A DNA stretch of 26,601 nucleotides from Calditrichaceae bacterium (GCA_050173015.1 JBFXLE010000037.1:1-26601); one strand, 5' to 3'. Numbered from the stretch's first letter, positions 1-9,907 are shown. The notes: a model not told the origin generated them from the letters alone. Program-made: numbers and translations.

Positions 1-187
1 CATCGGTACCCCAAATATCATATAAAGAAATCTGTAGAGCTTCATCTGCGTAAAGAGTATCTGCTGTCCATACAAAGTTATGACTGGTGGTGTCATCTTC
101 CATAAATTCAATGGGATTCCGGTCTGTCTCACAACCGGCAAAAAATATACATGGTAATATAAAGATCAGGATTAATTTTTTTATCAT
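1..187 (-). CDS. Lipoprotein, 5' part only (runs off the left edge); not in the ORF track
   Basis: Manual translation from ATG at 187: MIKKLILIFILPCIFFAGCETDRNPIEFMEDDTTSHNFVWTADTLYADEALQISLYDIWGTD. Basic N-terminus, hydrophobic stretch, lipobox FAG-C, AAGGA SD upstream, no stop before the edge. Confidence 0.8.
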   Translation of the reverse strand, partial: MIKKLILIFILPCIFFAGCETDRNPIEFMEDDTTSHNFVWTADTLYADEALQISLYDIWGTD

Positions 188-607
188 AATAGTAACGTCC
201 TTAGTAAAAGGGTTATTATCTATTTTTATAAACCGGCATTATACTCTCGTAATCATGAATATCGCACCACTTCAAAAACAATATATTTTGTTCAAAGATA
301 AAAAAGATTTTATCCTACTTTGCATAAAACAAGAACTGAACAATTAACACAACATATACCGCTAAAAGATTTTGTAATTTTATTTGGTAATAACGTCATC
401 CAGGATAGCAATTGTATTCATAATTTGTGTAAAAAAAAACCAACTTGCGTTTTAGAATAGCTCCTAAGAATTTATATTTTAAAGAATTCAAAATAAATAT
501 TCATTTTATTTTTATGCATTTTTTGTGCCAGAAACATCAAAAACAGCTTATATTCTATATAAACAGTGACTTAAACAATCAAGCATAAATTAAGGTTGGG
601 AATTCAG

Positions 608-668
608 ATATGAAGGATCGTTCACATTTTGTGAACGATCCTTCATATTTTGTGAACTATCATTCACA
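608..668. repeat. Three tandem 21-bp quasi-palindromic units (TGAA-N6-TTCA) including a perfect 19-bp inverted repeat
   Basis: Arms 608-626 ATATGAAGGATCGTTCACA and 630-648 TGTGAACGATCCTTCATAT, 3-nt loop. Cores ATCGTTCAC, ATCCTTCAT and ATCATTCAC at 617, 638 and 659. Confidence 0.85.
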
Positions 669-1267
669 TTATATAATTTGTTTACGCATTTCAATTTAAC
701 TGCGGCCTCTCATTTCTGTATATTTTTCACCCAACCTGCAAATCATATAGATATAAACCGCACATCAGGCGGATGACTCATCAATACTATTCCGTTGCGC
801 TTCTTGAAATTCCCAGAACCCAGGCGGCAAAGAGAAAAAATATAAATAACGTTTTTAGGAGAACGCTGCCCTGTCCTGCCGCCAAAATATTATTATCATC
901 GTTTGCCATAACACTATGAATAGTAAAGTGTCGGGCTTCCTTAGTATAGAAATTATCAGCTCTCTAAACAAAATTGTACGTTGTAATACAACAGACTACA
1001 TATACCTGATATTTTTAATTCATCAAAAGTAGAAATCATTACTACGCAGAAATATATCGTTCCTAAACGGTCATTTATCGTTCACAACTGATGATATGAC
1101 TCACCGGTGAGTTTTATTTAGTATATGGCAATGGATTTGGGAGAAAAAGCTTGGAAGGATAAATGACATGGATGTATGACCGAAAATTTCGCCCGCTCAG
1201 ACCTGGCAATTTTTCAGGATAATATCACTAAGAATCGCAGAAAATATAAAAATTTATTGGGGATTGT

Positions 1268-1675
1268 TTAATGATGGATTTGATGCTGATTTTTTCGAGG
1301 GAACTTTGACTGAGTAAGCCAGGCCAATGCCTCATCCTCATCATAAAAGGCCAAAAACTCCATATTCTGCATTTCCGCGAAAATTGATAACATTCTTGCC
1401 AGACCAAATCTGACCATAGATTCCCTGCTCACCAATATCGCGCAGCGTCCCAGAAAATTTGGTGATTTTGAGAAAAGATCGGCAATGAGATTCATTTCCC
1501 TGGAAGTTCTGGTTTCTTCACTATTTCTCACATCCATCAACAGATTAACGCCACCGGCGCTTTTTGGATCTGATAAAGCCGCTTTATAATTATTATATGT
1601 TTCCTGAAAAGTATAGTTACCGGAGGCGTAACAATGGACAATATTTTCAGATCTGTGTTCATATGAGGTCGGCAT
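1268..1675 (-). CDS. STAS/SEC14 (SpoIIAA-like) domain protein
   Basis: 135 aa with the pattern LLMDVR...RCAILV...FGLARM...FYDEDEALAWL typical of SpoIIAA-like proteins. Confidence 0.75.
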   Translation of the reverse strand: MPTSYEHRSENIVHCYASGNYTFQETYNNYKAALSDPKSAGGVNLLMDVRNSEETRTSREMNLIADLFSKSPNFLGRCAILVSRESMVRFGLARMLSIFAEMQNMEFLAFYDEDEALAWLTQSKFPRKNQHQIHH

Positions 1676-1884
1676 ATGGTCCGGCTCTGATTATTAAATA
1701 TGGTTCTTGCAAATTTCTTCAACTGATATTCGATATTATTTTAAGTTCCATTAGCAAAAAAAGGAAAATTTTATTTGTAAAAATTAGGGTTTCATTGCCC
1801 TGCTTATAGGCGGCGCCCTATGAACTCTTGATAATATTTCGGAATATATCCTTGATTTTATTTAGAAATATCGGAAAAAGGGGT

Positions 1885-1985
1885 AAAAAAAATCCGGCGT
1901 ACTCCGCGGAGAAACCTGATAAACCTGACATCATGAAGGATGCGCATAAAGTTTACCGAAATTCACCGCTGGTCGCGCCGGATTT
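1885..1985 (-). terminator. Long (about 90 nt) rod-like hairpin followed by U8 downstream of the nuclease gene; terminator and/or structured RNA
   Basis: On the minus strand, TCCGGCG (1982-1976) pairs with CGCCGGA (1899-1893) and is followed by T8 (1892-1885). Inner helices use G-U pairs. Confidence 0.6.
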
Positions 1986-2032
1986 ATCAACCGCGCTGTA
2001 TTGACCTAATTCAATTCATTACAGACTTTGTC

Positions 2033-5000
2033 CTATCTCAACAAAAACATCTTTTTTACCTGAACAAACGATCCTGCCCTGAGCTCATAAAGATACATGC
2101 CGCTGGAAACCATGGTGCCCGAATTATCCTTTCCATCCCAGCGGACGCTGTGTAATCCGGCCTCGTAATAATTGTCGGTAAGTACCCTGACTTCCTGACC
2201 GAGAATATTATAAATCCTTATGGTGGCTGATACCGCCTCAGGCAGGCTGAATCGAATGAATGTTTCGGGATTGAACGGATTAGGATAGTTTTGATCAAGT
2301 GAAAATTCCGTCGGTAAAAGACTTAATGATAGTTCATCTCCCGAAGCTGAATCCGAATCGGGTTTCATCGCTTTCTCCGGTCCGCCGCATTCGTTTATGA
2401 CTTCATAAACCGGACCATCGTCAACGGCCGGATCCCCTTTTTTATCTTTTGGAATTTGTACCTGAAATGATGCTGTTCCAATATTTCCGTTCCGGTCTTC
2501 CGCCGCGACATGGATGGTATAAACACGCCCGTTGCCATCCCCTTCACGCTCCGATCTGAGATCAACCGATTTACAATTCACGATAACAATATCATCATAT
2601 GTATCACCATCACCCCGACCGTTTTCCGGTTCATCGCTTGTTACCGAAGTTATATATACATCGGAAAGGTCCATATCGGGAGTTACACCATCACTTACAG
2701 TGTTTACAAAATCACTAATATTGAATCTCTGATACTTATGGTTTGGCGGCCAAAGAATCGCCGGCTGTTCGTTTACGACGATTTCCGGGGGTGTAACATC
2801 CAAAAACATTACGAGTCCGTCATGGTCTGAAGATCTTAGCGGCGTATTTTCCGAATATATCTCATCAACAGCCGCGTCCGCGTTAGCCCGGCCGTATTCA
2901 AATCCTGTCACCGCTATGTTTAGTCCCGCCGATGTGAGCGCGTGATCAAGCACCTGACCGCTTCCCCGAAAAATGAATGAATACCGTTCACCGGCAGGAA
3001 GACTTAATACCTGATTTGTCAAATTCGGATTAACCAGATCAGGACCGCTCAGAAGATTATCGTCAGAAACAAAATCACCGCTGATCTGCCCAACGGCATC
3101 AACATAACCATCGGTGAATTCATAGGCGTTAAAATCGCCTGTTACCACCAGATGAATATCCGGATTTTGGATTTGCAGATCCTGCACCTTTTGCGCGATG
3201 GATTGCGCCTGTTCCAAACGCTTCTGACGAACTCTCGGACCATCGGTTGGATTGTCAATTCCGCCGAGTGAACGATTGTGAACGGCCATTACTGAAATCG
3301 GAAATTCCGGAACTCCGTTTATGATAAAATCTCCTTCAAGAAGCAGAGGCGGACGGTCATGGAGAAGTGAACCGTCATAAGTCATTATTTCCGTTGCTCC
3401 AAGCTGGGTGATCGTATTCACCCGCACCGAGTTACGTGTCAGAAATCCAACATCAATACCGCCGACATCATTGCCTTCCACCAGGTAAGCGGTATATTGA
3501 ACGGAGGGATCATCCGCGTGAATCTTTTCCGCCAGATCGTTCAAAACGCCCAGTTTTTCCACTTCCTGTACCGCGAGAATATCAGGTGATGCCAGTACTT
3601 CACGAATATAAATGGAAAATTTGTTAAGCCGGCGGGTATATTCGTCGGCGCTTACCACCTGTCCGTTATCTTCTGTGCCCGGATCATCCACATTATCAAA
3701 GAGCCTGAAAAAATTCAGCGAGCCAACCGTCATCTCACCTTCCCGGCGGGATCTGACTGCTGACGGAAGTGATTTCGGCATAACTGTCAAAGATGAGGGC
3801 CAGAATTCGTAACCGCCGAATTCATACCCCAGAACTCCCACAGCGCTGAATGATGAACCTGCCGGAATGATTTGATTTGGCGATCCAAGTTTATCGGGAT
3901 CCAATTCAAAAACTTCAGGATTCCCGTCCCAAACCGGAAGTCCGGGCAAACCGGGATACTCAATCCCCGGTTCACGGAAAGCGCGGTCTGAGCCGGCCGC
4001 GATATACACTTCCGCGACAGGATCGGAACTAAACCGCTGGTTGGAGCCGGTGACTGTACCAGCGCCTATGCTGATCAACATGCCTTCAAACCGTTCAAGC
4101 TCCGTATCCGGCTGCGGCTGGTTTGGAGACGGAATAAATGAATCAAACTGCACCGCCGGCGGGAGAGCGTTTCCGGTCGAATTGATGGTAATATTCTCAA
4201 CGGCTCCCAACTCGGTAAAATTAAAAAATTCCTGAATTTTGGCGGTGACATCCACATTATCACCAACAGTCACTGAAGGAGCCGACCCTGTAAACACGAA
4301 AATACCATCGGATGTTACATTATCTCCGTCCGCTCTTTCCGGTGGTGTCTGGATGAAGAATCCGTTCGGCGCGATCGTGGTGACAATATTACCGACGGTC
4401 AGTACTGTTTGTCCTTCAAACGGACTGGTAAGTCCGGGTCCCTGAATTTCAAATATTTCTCTTGTTTCGATGACACACCCGTCAAAAATAGAGCCGTCCA
4501 CTTTTGTTCCCGGTGAAAACAGGGAGCCGCCTGACCCGGCCGCGGCAGTGTGTTTGATAAGAGGATCGGGACCGGTAATATCCGGATCGCGCGTAATAGA
4601 TTGGTTATCTCCGCCTTCCGATCCATAGGTGTAAACCGATATGTCCGAAACTCCGTCGTTTAACGTCACTGTGTCACCGCTGTTATTTAATCCGAGCAGT
4701 CCGCTGCTTGCCGTCTGCACAATCGCCCTGCCGAACGCGCCAGTGGGCGTCCCGCCGCCAAAAATGACAACCGGACATTGATCGGGTATCACCGTTCCGG
4801 ATGGGAATGTATGCCGTATGGAAAACGCGTCTGCCAAAGTCCAACCCGAAATATCAACATCCGCTCCGGAATTATTGATAATTTCCACAAATTCATCCTG
4901 ACCGCTGTCCCTGACGCCATCACCATTCGCGTCCCCGGTGATATCACCCGCCGGATCGGCATGAATTTCATTGATAACCCATACACTTGGCGCGCCTGCC

Positions 5001-5986
5001 GAAGTAAAACTAAAGACAAAATCCGCGGTCATATTATCCGGCGGATCATCTGAATCCGCATCCGTGACCTGAGCGGCAAAAACGGTAACCGTCACCGTCT
5101 CACCTGCCTCAAAATCCATATCAGGATCAAGTATAAAATTTATGGGTCCGCCGCTGACCGTGGCCGTATGCGATCCGCTTATCGCGCCGGTGATATCAAA
5201 CCAGCTACCCGTCAGAAGTACATCTTCACTAAAATTTATTTCTATATTTGAACCCACAGGGATATTGATTTCCATGTTTACCGGATTCGTTGAAGCAACC
5301 GCGGGAGCCGCGTCTCCAACCGCGCCCGGTACAAATGTTCCAATTGGAAATGGTGTCGCGGCAGAAGCATTTGTCGTCTCATTGTCGAGCGCGTTAATCC
5401 CGCTGAATGTCCAGTTTGCCAACACAAAAGCTGTTCCATCCGGTCCGGTTCCGTCAACCCGGTAGGCCCATCCATCCAGATAATCCCAGGGCTGTCCTGT
5501 TCCATCGACATTTATATCTCCAAATACATCCACGACACTGCCGTTTTTAAACAATTCGATAGCGTCATCACCATTTATGCTCGGAGCGCTGCCGCTGGTA
5601 TAATCAGGAGAAAATCCGAAAAAATTACTAAACTCAGCACTCTCTGTCGCCACATATAAAAATGTCCCGCTTGTAACGGACACCGCCGGAAAAGTAAATT
5701 CTTCACCGTCTGTGCCTCCCCCGTTGTTTGCTGATCCGAATCCATATATGCTGAGATCAGCGATATTATTCACCGTGTAAAATTCAACCGCCTTTGGTAA
5801 TCCTCCCGTCAGCGGACCGTCCACTACGCCTGTGATGATCATATCTGATTGCGCAAAAACCGGAGTAACCGTCAATGGAATCAGCAACAACATCATGCCC
5901 GTTACGATGATTCCTGAAATAGCGTTTCTCCAGCCCGATAACATTTTCCTCCTTTTAATCAAAAACATTGTAGTGCTTTGAACCAT
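2033..5986 (-). CDS. Secreted ExeM/NucH-type extracellular nuclease: lamin-tail-like domains, Ig-like domain, OB-fold, EEP catalytic domain, C-terminal FlgD-Ig/T9SS-type sorting domain
   Basis: Signal peptide ending VFA-Q. Lamin-tail-like starts MIITGVVDG and VINEIHADP. OB-fold EIQGPGLTSPFEGQTV. EEP motifs SLNFF, AVQEVE, VTGDFN, SDHDG. C-terminal QNYPNPFNPET...IYNILGQEV...WDGKD...GMYLY...KKMFLLR. SD GGAGGAG. Confidence 0.88.
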   Translation of the reverse strand: MVQSTTMFLIKRRKMLSGWRNAISGIIVTGMMLLLIPLTVTPVFAQSDMIITGVVDGPLTGGLPKAVEFYTVNNIADLSIYGFGSANNGGGTDGEEFTFPAVSVTSGTFLYVATESAEFSNFFGFSPDYTSGSAPSINGDDAIELFKNGSVVDVFGDINVDGTGQPWDYLDGWAYRVDGTGPDGTAFVLANWTFSGINALDNETTNASAATPFPIGTFVPGAVGDAAPAVASTNPVNMEINIPVGSNIEINFSEDVLLTGSWFDITGAISGSHTATVSGGPINFILDPDMDFEAGETVTVTVFAAQVTDADSDDPPDNMTADFVFSFTSAGAPSVWVINEIHADPAGDITGDANGDGVRDSGQDEFVEIINNSGADVDISGWTLADAFSIRHTFPSGTVIPDQCPVVIFGGGTPTGAFGRAIVQTASSGLLGLNNSGDTVTLNDGVSDISVYTYGSEGGDNQSITRDPDITGPDPLIKHTAAAGSGGSLFSPGTKVDGSIFDGCVIETREIFEIQGPGLTSPFEGQTVLTVGNIVTTIAPNGFFIQTPPERADGDNVTSDGIFVFTGSAPSVTVGDNVDVTAKIQEFFNFTELGAVENITINSTGNALPPAVQFDSFIPSPNQPQPDTELERFEGMLISIGAGTVTGSNQRFSSDPVAEVYIAAGSDRAFREPGIEYPGLPGLPVWDGNPEVFELDPDKLGSPNQIIPAGSSFSAVGVLGYEFGGYEFWPSSLTVMPKSLPSAVRSRREGEMTVGSLNFFRLFDNVDDPGTEDNGQVVSADEYTRRLNKFSIYIREVLASPDILAVQEVEKLGVLNDLAEKIHADDPSVQYTAYLVEGNDVGGIDVGFLTRNSVRVNTITQLGATEIMTYDGSLLHDRPPLLLEGDFIINGVPEFPISVMAVHNRSLGGIDNPTDGPRVRQKRLEQAQSIAQKVQDLQIQNPDIHLVVTGDFNAYEFTDGYVDAVGQISGDFVSDDNLLSGPDLVNPNLTNQVLSLPAGERYSFIFRGSGQVLDHALTSAGLNIAVTGFEYGRANADAAVDEIYSENTPLRSSDHDGLVMFLDVTPPEIVVNEQPAILWPPNHKYQRFNISDFVNTVSDGVTPDMDLSDVYITSVTSDEPENGRGDGDTYDDIVIVNCKSVDLRSEREGDGNGRVYTIHVAAEDRNGNIGTASFQVQIPKDKKGDPAVDDGPVYEVINECGGPEKAMKPDSDSASGDELSLSLLPTEFSLDQNYPNPFNPETFIRFSLPEAVSATIRIYNILGQEVRVLTDNYYEAGLHSVRWDGKDNSGTMVSSGMYLYELRAGSFVQVKKMFLLR

Positions 5987-6279
5987 GATAACTCCTCCCC
6001 TTTGATTAAAAATAGTTAATGAGATATGGATTAATTTGTCAGCTGTTACATAAGTTGCAAATTGAAAATCTGGATAATGTTAGGTTAATATTTAGATTGG
6101 ATTGTTTTAAATCTGTAAATATCAACCAATATGGATAACCGGTCGAATCCTAAAATGAGGGGTATAAAGACCGGTTTTACTTCAAAACGAAATTAGCTTA
6201 ATATAAGGAAACTTTTTTTTGGGGATGTGATCTATCGCGGAAAATATGTCCCGGAAAAGCGAACAGGATTAAATAATTC

Positions 6280-6307
6280 AACTCCGGCATCCAATGACAC
6301 CGGAGTC
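6280..6307 (-). terminator. Putative intrinsic terminator hairpin of the M16 peptidase gene
   Basis: Minus strand GACTCCGGTGTC-ATTG-GATGCCGGAGTT, 30 nt after the stop. The U-tail is weak. Confidence 0.6.
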
Positions 6308-6336
6308 AAATTAATTAATTGAAGGTGAATATCTTT

Positions 6337-9324
6337 TTAGCGGTTCAGTTGGATGATTTTGCCAAAAACGTCTTTTTCAGACTCAATCTTATCTTCGTTT
6401 CCATAGACGCAAAAGGCATCCTGGGCCAGGACATCACTGACCATCTTCTCCATTCCCCTGATATCCGCGGGAGTAACGGAAAGAACCGCCGAACGTTCTT
6501 TTTGCAAATCTTCTTTCGTTGTTTTTTCAAAATAGCGCTTTACGGCCAATGAACCTTTCTGGGACGGTGTCAGAGGTTTGTCCATCCGGGCGACGGTTCC
6601 TATGATAAAGCGGGTCATCGTCTGATCATCGGCTTCAAATGTTTTCATAAATTCCGGTATCGCGTCATAATTAACAAGTGTCTCTCTCAGATTCGGGTCA
6701 CGGTATGACGCAAAATAAACCCTTCCGTCAGATGCGAATGAGCTGAATCCGCCATAGGCGCCTCCAAGAACCCTGATCCGGTTCTGAAGAAAATCACGGG
6801 AGAGTATTTGTGTCAGGACACGCAGTTTGCCGTCCCATTTATAGCCCAGTTTTTTGTAATCATAACCCTGAAGAACATATTGCACTTTTGACGCGGTAAG
6901 CAGTCCTTCATTCTTCTTTTCAAATGTGAAGCTCCATTTATTGTATTCCGGCTTTTTCTCCGGCAATATACTGACAAATTTTGCAAAACTCTTCGAAAAC
7001 ACAGGCAAATCCGATTTGGCGCCGGTTACGGAGACGATCAGATTATTCTTGTTTAGAAGGAGTTCCGCCGTTTTACTCAGATTGGTGATAATTTCACCCG
7101 ACTGATTGTCAAAATCGTTTAACAAATCAGTGATAAACCAATAATATTCCGCTCCGTCCGTTAGTTCATTAAACATACCTTCATTACTGTAATATGAGGT
7201 CATTCTCGTCATCGCGTAACCTATACCGTCTCTCTTTATGCTGGCGTCAAGACGTGATTGATGACGGGTCAGAACAGCCTTCAGCCGGTCTTTATCACCG
7301 TAACGGGAACGATTCACTATTTCACCGACCAGTTCGAACATTTTATCAACTTTGCTGTTCATGGATTTCGACGAAACAACAAACTTGGGCATCAGATTAT
7401 TATCATCTTCATACTCAAGATACGTGGCCAACGCGGTGCTAAATCCGCCGGTGTGCAAATTGAGAGCTTTATCCAGCTCCCCATAAGTATAATTTTCGGT
7501 ATTCATGCTACCCATAATTTCGGACAGCAAAGCAGCGTAAGGGATGAGTTCGGCCGGAAGAACACGCGCATCGAAATAGAGACTGGTATAAACCACATCA
7601 TTGGTAAATGATTCGTGATGCAGAACAGACACATCGGCAATCCGGCTGTCTGTCACCGTATACCATTCCGCTTCGGGATTGATGTCTTTTAACTCAAGCA
7701 TCGGTATGGTGGCCAGCGCCTCGGGAGTGTCTTCCTGTTTCTGATATGCAACCAGCGCTGAAGTCTCCTTAACCAGCGATTCAGTTTCTTCAGCCGAAAG
7801 TGACGCTTTATATGATTCAAGCTCAGCGGCAATTTGTTCATTGATTTTTGACTCTAAACCGGGTTCAGGCTGAAGACTCAATAACAATGCATGTGGATTT
7901 TCAACAAGATACTTCTGAATAACCTTCTCCAGATATCCCTTATTAATCTCTTTTTTAATATCTGTCAGTGTTTTCTCATATTCGAGACTTAAAAACGGAT
8001 CATTGGCAAAAAACCATCCGGAGAGTGTTCTGAAATTATAGGTTAATCCCTTTTGGGCATCATTACCTTCCCGAAGACTGAATTCGATCCGGTTCAGCGT
8101 TCCCTGAACCGCTTCCTTATCCAGCCCCTTTTTTATAACATCTTTAAGGGTATTCGTTACAACTTCGCGAAATTTTATCAAATCTTCAGCATTGGCATTC
8201 TGTACAGAAATCTGGAATACATTCTGTTTTAATTCATCGACAGAGGCGCTCACATCTTTTCCAATTCCCTTTTCCTGAAGGGCCAGGCGTACCGGGGCGG
8301 ATTCCTGATTTACCAGAACTTCACTGAGGATATCGAGCGCCATGACCAGCGTCCTGTCTGTGCCGGGACCTGATACAAAATTAAGCGTAAGATAGGTTTG
8401 ATCCTTTGTGTTTCCGCTTTCAGATACGGGATATGACGCGGTGATTACTTTCATCTTTTCAAATGGTTTTTGAACGGGAATGGTGATCACCGCGTCTGAT
8501 TTATCGTAGGATGATAAATATTCACGATTGATGAACTCCAGTTCTTTGTCCACATCCGCATTCCCATAAAGGTATATATAGCTGTTAGAAGGATGATAGT
8601 ATTTCCGGTGAAAATTCAGAAAATCTTCATAGGTCAAAGTCGGAATAGCCGTGGGATACCCTCCGGATGAAAATCGGTAACAGTTATCCGGAAACAGATT
8701 TTTATCAATTTGATATCCCAGTTCCCGGGACGGACTGGAAAAAGCGCCTTTCATTTCATTATAGACCACGCCTTTGTACTCAACCGGAGCTTCCGGACCG
8801 GTTAATTCACGATGCCAGCCTTCCTGTTTAAGAATCCTGGGATCATCATAAATGAGCGGATGAAAAACCGCGTCCAGATAGATGTGCATCAGATTAAAAT
8901 AATCTTTGTCATTCATGCTCGCGACGGGATAAATAGTGATATGACTCCCGGTCATGGCATTCAGGAACGTGTTCAGAGAACCCTTGGCCAGCACATCAAA
9001 TGGACTTTTAACCGGAAAATTTCGGGATCCGTTGAGGACCGAGTGTTCCATGATGTGCGGCGTGCCGGCATCCGATTCCGGCAGTGTTTTAAAAGCGATG
9101 CTGAAAGTTTTATTAGGATCGTCATCAGCAATTTTAATCAGACGGGCGCCGCTTTTCACATGTTCAAAGAGCAGACATTCCGCGTTGACTTCTTTTACAA
9201 ATCGTTTTTCAGTAAGTTTGAAACCATGGTAGGTTTCACCTTTTTTGTATTCGGCAAAAAGCATATCAGACCATACCACCATCATTAATAAAACAAGGGG
9301 TAAAATAAGGCGTTTCAAATTCAT
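6337..9324 (-). CDS. M16C (presequence protease PreP/insulinase family) zinc metallopeptidase with predicted signal peptide
   Basis: Inverted zinc motif HIMEH in GTPHIMEHSVLNGS; FLNAMT, GVVYNEMKGAFS, YYHPSNSYIYLYG, IRVLGGAYGG, SYRDPN; 995 aa; SD GGAGG. Confidence 0.93.
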   Translation of the reverse strand: MNLKRLILPLVLLMMVVWSDMLFAEYKKGETYHGFKLTEKRFVKEVNAECLLFEHVKSGARLIKIADDDPNKTFSIAFKTLPESDAGTPHIMEHSVLNGSRNFPVKSPFDVLAKGSLNTFLNAMTGSHITIYPVASMNDKDYFNLMHIYLDAVFHPLIYDDPRILKQEGWHRELTGPEAPVEYKGVVYNEMKGAFSSPSRELGYQIDKNLFPDNCYRFSSGGYPTAIPTLTYEDFLNFHRKYYHPSNSYIYLYGNADVDKELEFINREYLSSYDKSDAVITIPVQKPFEKMKVITASYPVSESGNTKDQTYLTLNFVSGPGTDRTLVMALDILSEVLVNQESAPVRLALQEKGIGKDVSASVDELKQNVFQISVQNANAEDLIKFREVVTNTLKDVIKKGLDKEAVQGTLNRIEFSLREGNDAQKGLTYNFRTLSGWFFANDPFLSLEYEKTLTDIKKEINKGYLEKVIQKYLVENPHALLLSLQPEPGLESKINEQIAAELESYKASLSAEETESLVKETSALVAYQKQEDTPEALATIPMLELKDINPEAEWYTVTDSRIADVSVLHHESFTNDVVYTSLYFDARVLPAELIPYAALLSEIMGSMNTENYTYGELDKALNLHTGGFSTALATYLEYEDDNNLMPKFVVSSKSMNSKVDKMFELVGEIVNRSRYGDKDRLKAVLTRHQSRLDASIKRDGIGYAMTRMTSYYSNEGMFNELTDGAEYYWFITDLLNDFDNQSGEIITNLSKTAELLLNKNNLIVSVTGAKSDLPVFSKSFAKFVSILPEKKPEYNKWSFTFEKKNEGLLTASKVQYVLQGYDYKKLGYKWDGKLRVLTQILSRDFLQNRIRVLGGAYGGFSSFASDGRVYFASYRDPNLRETLVNYDAIPEFMKTFEADDQTMTRFIIGTVARMDKPLTPSQKGSLAVKRYFEKTTKEDLQKERSAVLSVTPADIRGMEKMVSDVLAQDAFCVYGNEDKIESEKDVFGKIIQLNR

Positions 9325-9454
9325 TTACAATTCCTCCGGGTTAAAAAGATTGCACGGGAGTAAAATTCTTAAGGACACTGTCCTTGCTACGACAGTTAAT
9401 CGGGTTTGTTTCATGATCGGAGTAATATTATCTATTTAGTCTTTATTTTTTTAA

Positions 9455-9907
9455 TTATTGCGGAAGTTTGCCCAACACTTTCCAGAGCCAGCGATGCGCT
9501 CCATGAGGAAAGCCCGATGGATTGGCAAACATCAGAATGCATTCTCCATGAATGCACATTATTCCATGCTCATTACAAAACCGGACCGCTTCATCCGATT
9601 CCGCTCCCTGCTGCATCCATACTTTTCTTATGCCCGCGTCGGCGGCATCCAATACGACCTTCATAGTCTGTTCGGGCGGAACGACAATAAGCACACCGCC
9701 GACCGGTTCAGGCAGCGTATTTAAACCGTTAAAATAAACAGCGCCATCGATTGCTTCCGCGCTTTTGTTTACCGGAAAAACCCGATATCCCTTTCTTTGA
9801 AGCGTGTTAAATGCAATATTTCCAAATTTTTTCCCCTTCCGCGAAACACCGACAACAGCAAGATTTTTTTCTTTTAAAAATTCATTAACGTCTGATTGTG
9901 ATGTCAT
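9455..9907 (-). CDS. CoA-binding (YccU-like Rossmann) protein
   Basis: LAVVGVSR, GYRVFPVN, VWMQQGAES, GECILM; SD AGGAGG. Confidence 0.9.
   Translation of the reverse strand: MTSQSDVNEFLKEKNLAVVGVSRKGKKFGNIAFNTLQRKGYRVFPVNKSAEAIDGAVYFNGLNTLPEPVGGVLIVVPPEQTMKVVLDAADAGIRKVWMQQGAESDEAVRFCNEHGIMCIHGECILMFANPSGFPHGAHRWLWKVLGKLPQ

Noticed and set aside
87-347. 86-aa plus-strand ORF
   Set aside because: Antisense to the better-supported lipoprotein start at 187-1, with no recognisable motif.
594-820. Retron msr-msd
   Set aside because: A long hairpin within flanking inverted repeats is suggestive, but there is no reverse transcriptase in the window.
1088-1113. Hammerhead ribozyme (CTGATGA followed by a stem)
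   Set aside because: No GAAA after the stem and no stems I/III.
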